DNA of 64,000 bases from Gammaproteobacteria bacterium (GTDB lineage Bacteria; Pseudomonadota; Gammaproteobacteria; Eutrophobiales; Eutrophobiaceae): NCBI GenBank assembly GCA_965215365.1, contig CBDCDS010000003.1:1536001-1600000 (forward strand), given 5' to 3'. Positions within the stretch are counted from its first letter, which is position 1. Each line of letters begins with the position of its first letter. The notes under the pieces were generated by a model, which had not been told where the DNA came from, made no database searches, and was given only the letters and a program-made list of their open reading frames with translations. A program made the translations under genes and the position numbers. This document shows, in pieces, positions 63,099 to 64,000 of the stretch.

Positions 63099-64000
63099 CT
63101 ATTGCCGATAATGTTGCATCAGAATCTGCGCGACTTCGGGGCGGGCAAATTCTTCCGGCAGGGGTTGTCCTGCGGCCAGCATTTCCCGTACTTTCGTGCC
63201 GGACAGGAGCACAAAATCTTCCATGCCGTGGTCGGGAACGTCGCGCATCATGACCACGCGGTTGAGTTTTTTTGAATACGCGGTGTGGTCGGCCTCAAAT
63301 ATGCGGATTTCCAGCGCGTCGGCGGGCACCTGCTCACGGAATATGGTCTGGGCCTCGAAGGGGCCGTAGTAATTGCCGACCCCGGCATGATCGCGGCCCA
63401 CGATCAGATGGCTGCACCCGGCGTTTTGCCGAAACACGGCATGCAGCACCGCTTCCCGGGGGCCGGCATAGAGCATGTCGAAGCCGTAGCCGGTGACCAT
63501 CACGGTGTTCTCCGGGAAATACAGTTCTACCATCTTGCGGATGGCGGCGTCGCGCACCTCGGCGGGGATATCCCCGGGTTTGAGCTTGCCCAACAGCATG
63601 TGGATCAGCACACCGTCGGCGGCCAGCGCAGCCAGTGCCATTTTGCACAGTTCTTCATGGGCGCGGTGCATGGGATTGCGGGTCTGGAAGGCGACGACTT
63701 TGTCCCAGCCTCGGGCGGCAATCTCAGTGCGAATCTGCATGGCCGTCCTGAAAGTGTCGGGAAAATCCTGCTCGAAGTAGCTGTAATTCAGCACCTGCAG
63801 CGGGCCGGCCACGAGTTGCCTGCCGGCAGCCATGAACGTGGCCACACCAGGATGGTCGGAATCCAACGTACCGAAGACTCTTTCCGTGAGCAGCGTCAAC
63901 TGTGCGTCGGAGAGTGTCTCTATCGAAGTGACATCCTGTATGGCAAGCACCGGCTGGCCTGCCACGTTCGGGTCGCGCAACGCCACTCGCTCAGCGCCGT
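63099..64000 (-). CDS. sat: Sulfate adenylyltransferase (5'-partial, runs off window)
   Basis: FQTRNPMHRAHE, YAGPREA.LHA.FRQN, VGRDHAGVG, LSGTKVREML. Confidence 0.95.
   Translation of the reverse strand, partial: GAERVALRDPNVAGQPVLAIQDVTSIETLSDAQLTLLTERVFGTLDSDHPGVATFMAAGRQLVAGPLQVLNYSYFEQDFPDTFRTAMQIRTEIAARGWDKVVAFQTRNPMHRAHEELCKMALAALAADGVLIHMLLGKLKPGDIPAEVRDAAIRKMVELYFPENTVMVTGYGFDMLYAGPREAVLHAVFRQNAGCSHLIVGRDHAGVGNYYGPFEAQTIFREQVPADALEIRIFEADHTAYSKKLNRVVMMRDVPDHGMEDFVLLSGTKVREMLAAGQPLPEEFARPEVAQILMQHYRQ

Overview
Window from a GC-rich gammaproteobacterium. It is probably a sulfur oxidiser (sat resembling the dissimilatory enzyme), and its Fn3/Calx-beta/RTX surface proteins and operon erosion suggest a host-associated lifestyle (both inferences). 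The backbone is housekeeping: asd-leuB, dapD, orn, recR-ybaB-dnaX-ffs, ubiA-recG-spoT-rpoZ-gmk, wrbA-proS-hda-purM, prpBC, hemB, glnA-ntrBC, lysA, trxA-rho, groESL and sat. Four accessory blocks interrupt it. (1) An AT-richer five-gene defence operon in which a Dcm / MORC-type GHKL ATPase-nuclease / Vsr module is nested between the mod and res genes of a type III R-M system. (2) A decayed patch with a paaA'-'paaE deletion scar, an IS481 element splitting a tiny membrane-protein gene, and an AAA+DUF4143 ATPase. (3) A 15-kb surface locus with three membrane-anchored coiled-coil repeat genes (two are a recent tandem duplicate with shuffled repeat modules), an (ACAGCCGC)18 tract that could phase-vary a 3692-aa Fn3/Ig adhesin, and an RTX protein. 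(4) A toxin-antitoxin/defence graveyard next to a Fic gene. Two dispersed small-repeat families run through the window; the 62-bp TA-bounded one supplies stop codons and translation-start regions to host genes. All assignments were made by eye from motifs; no database searches were run.
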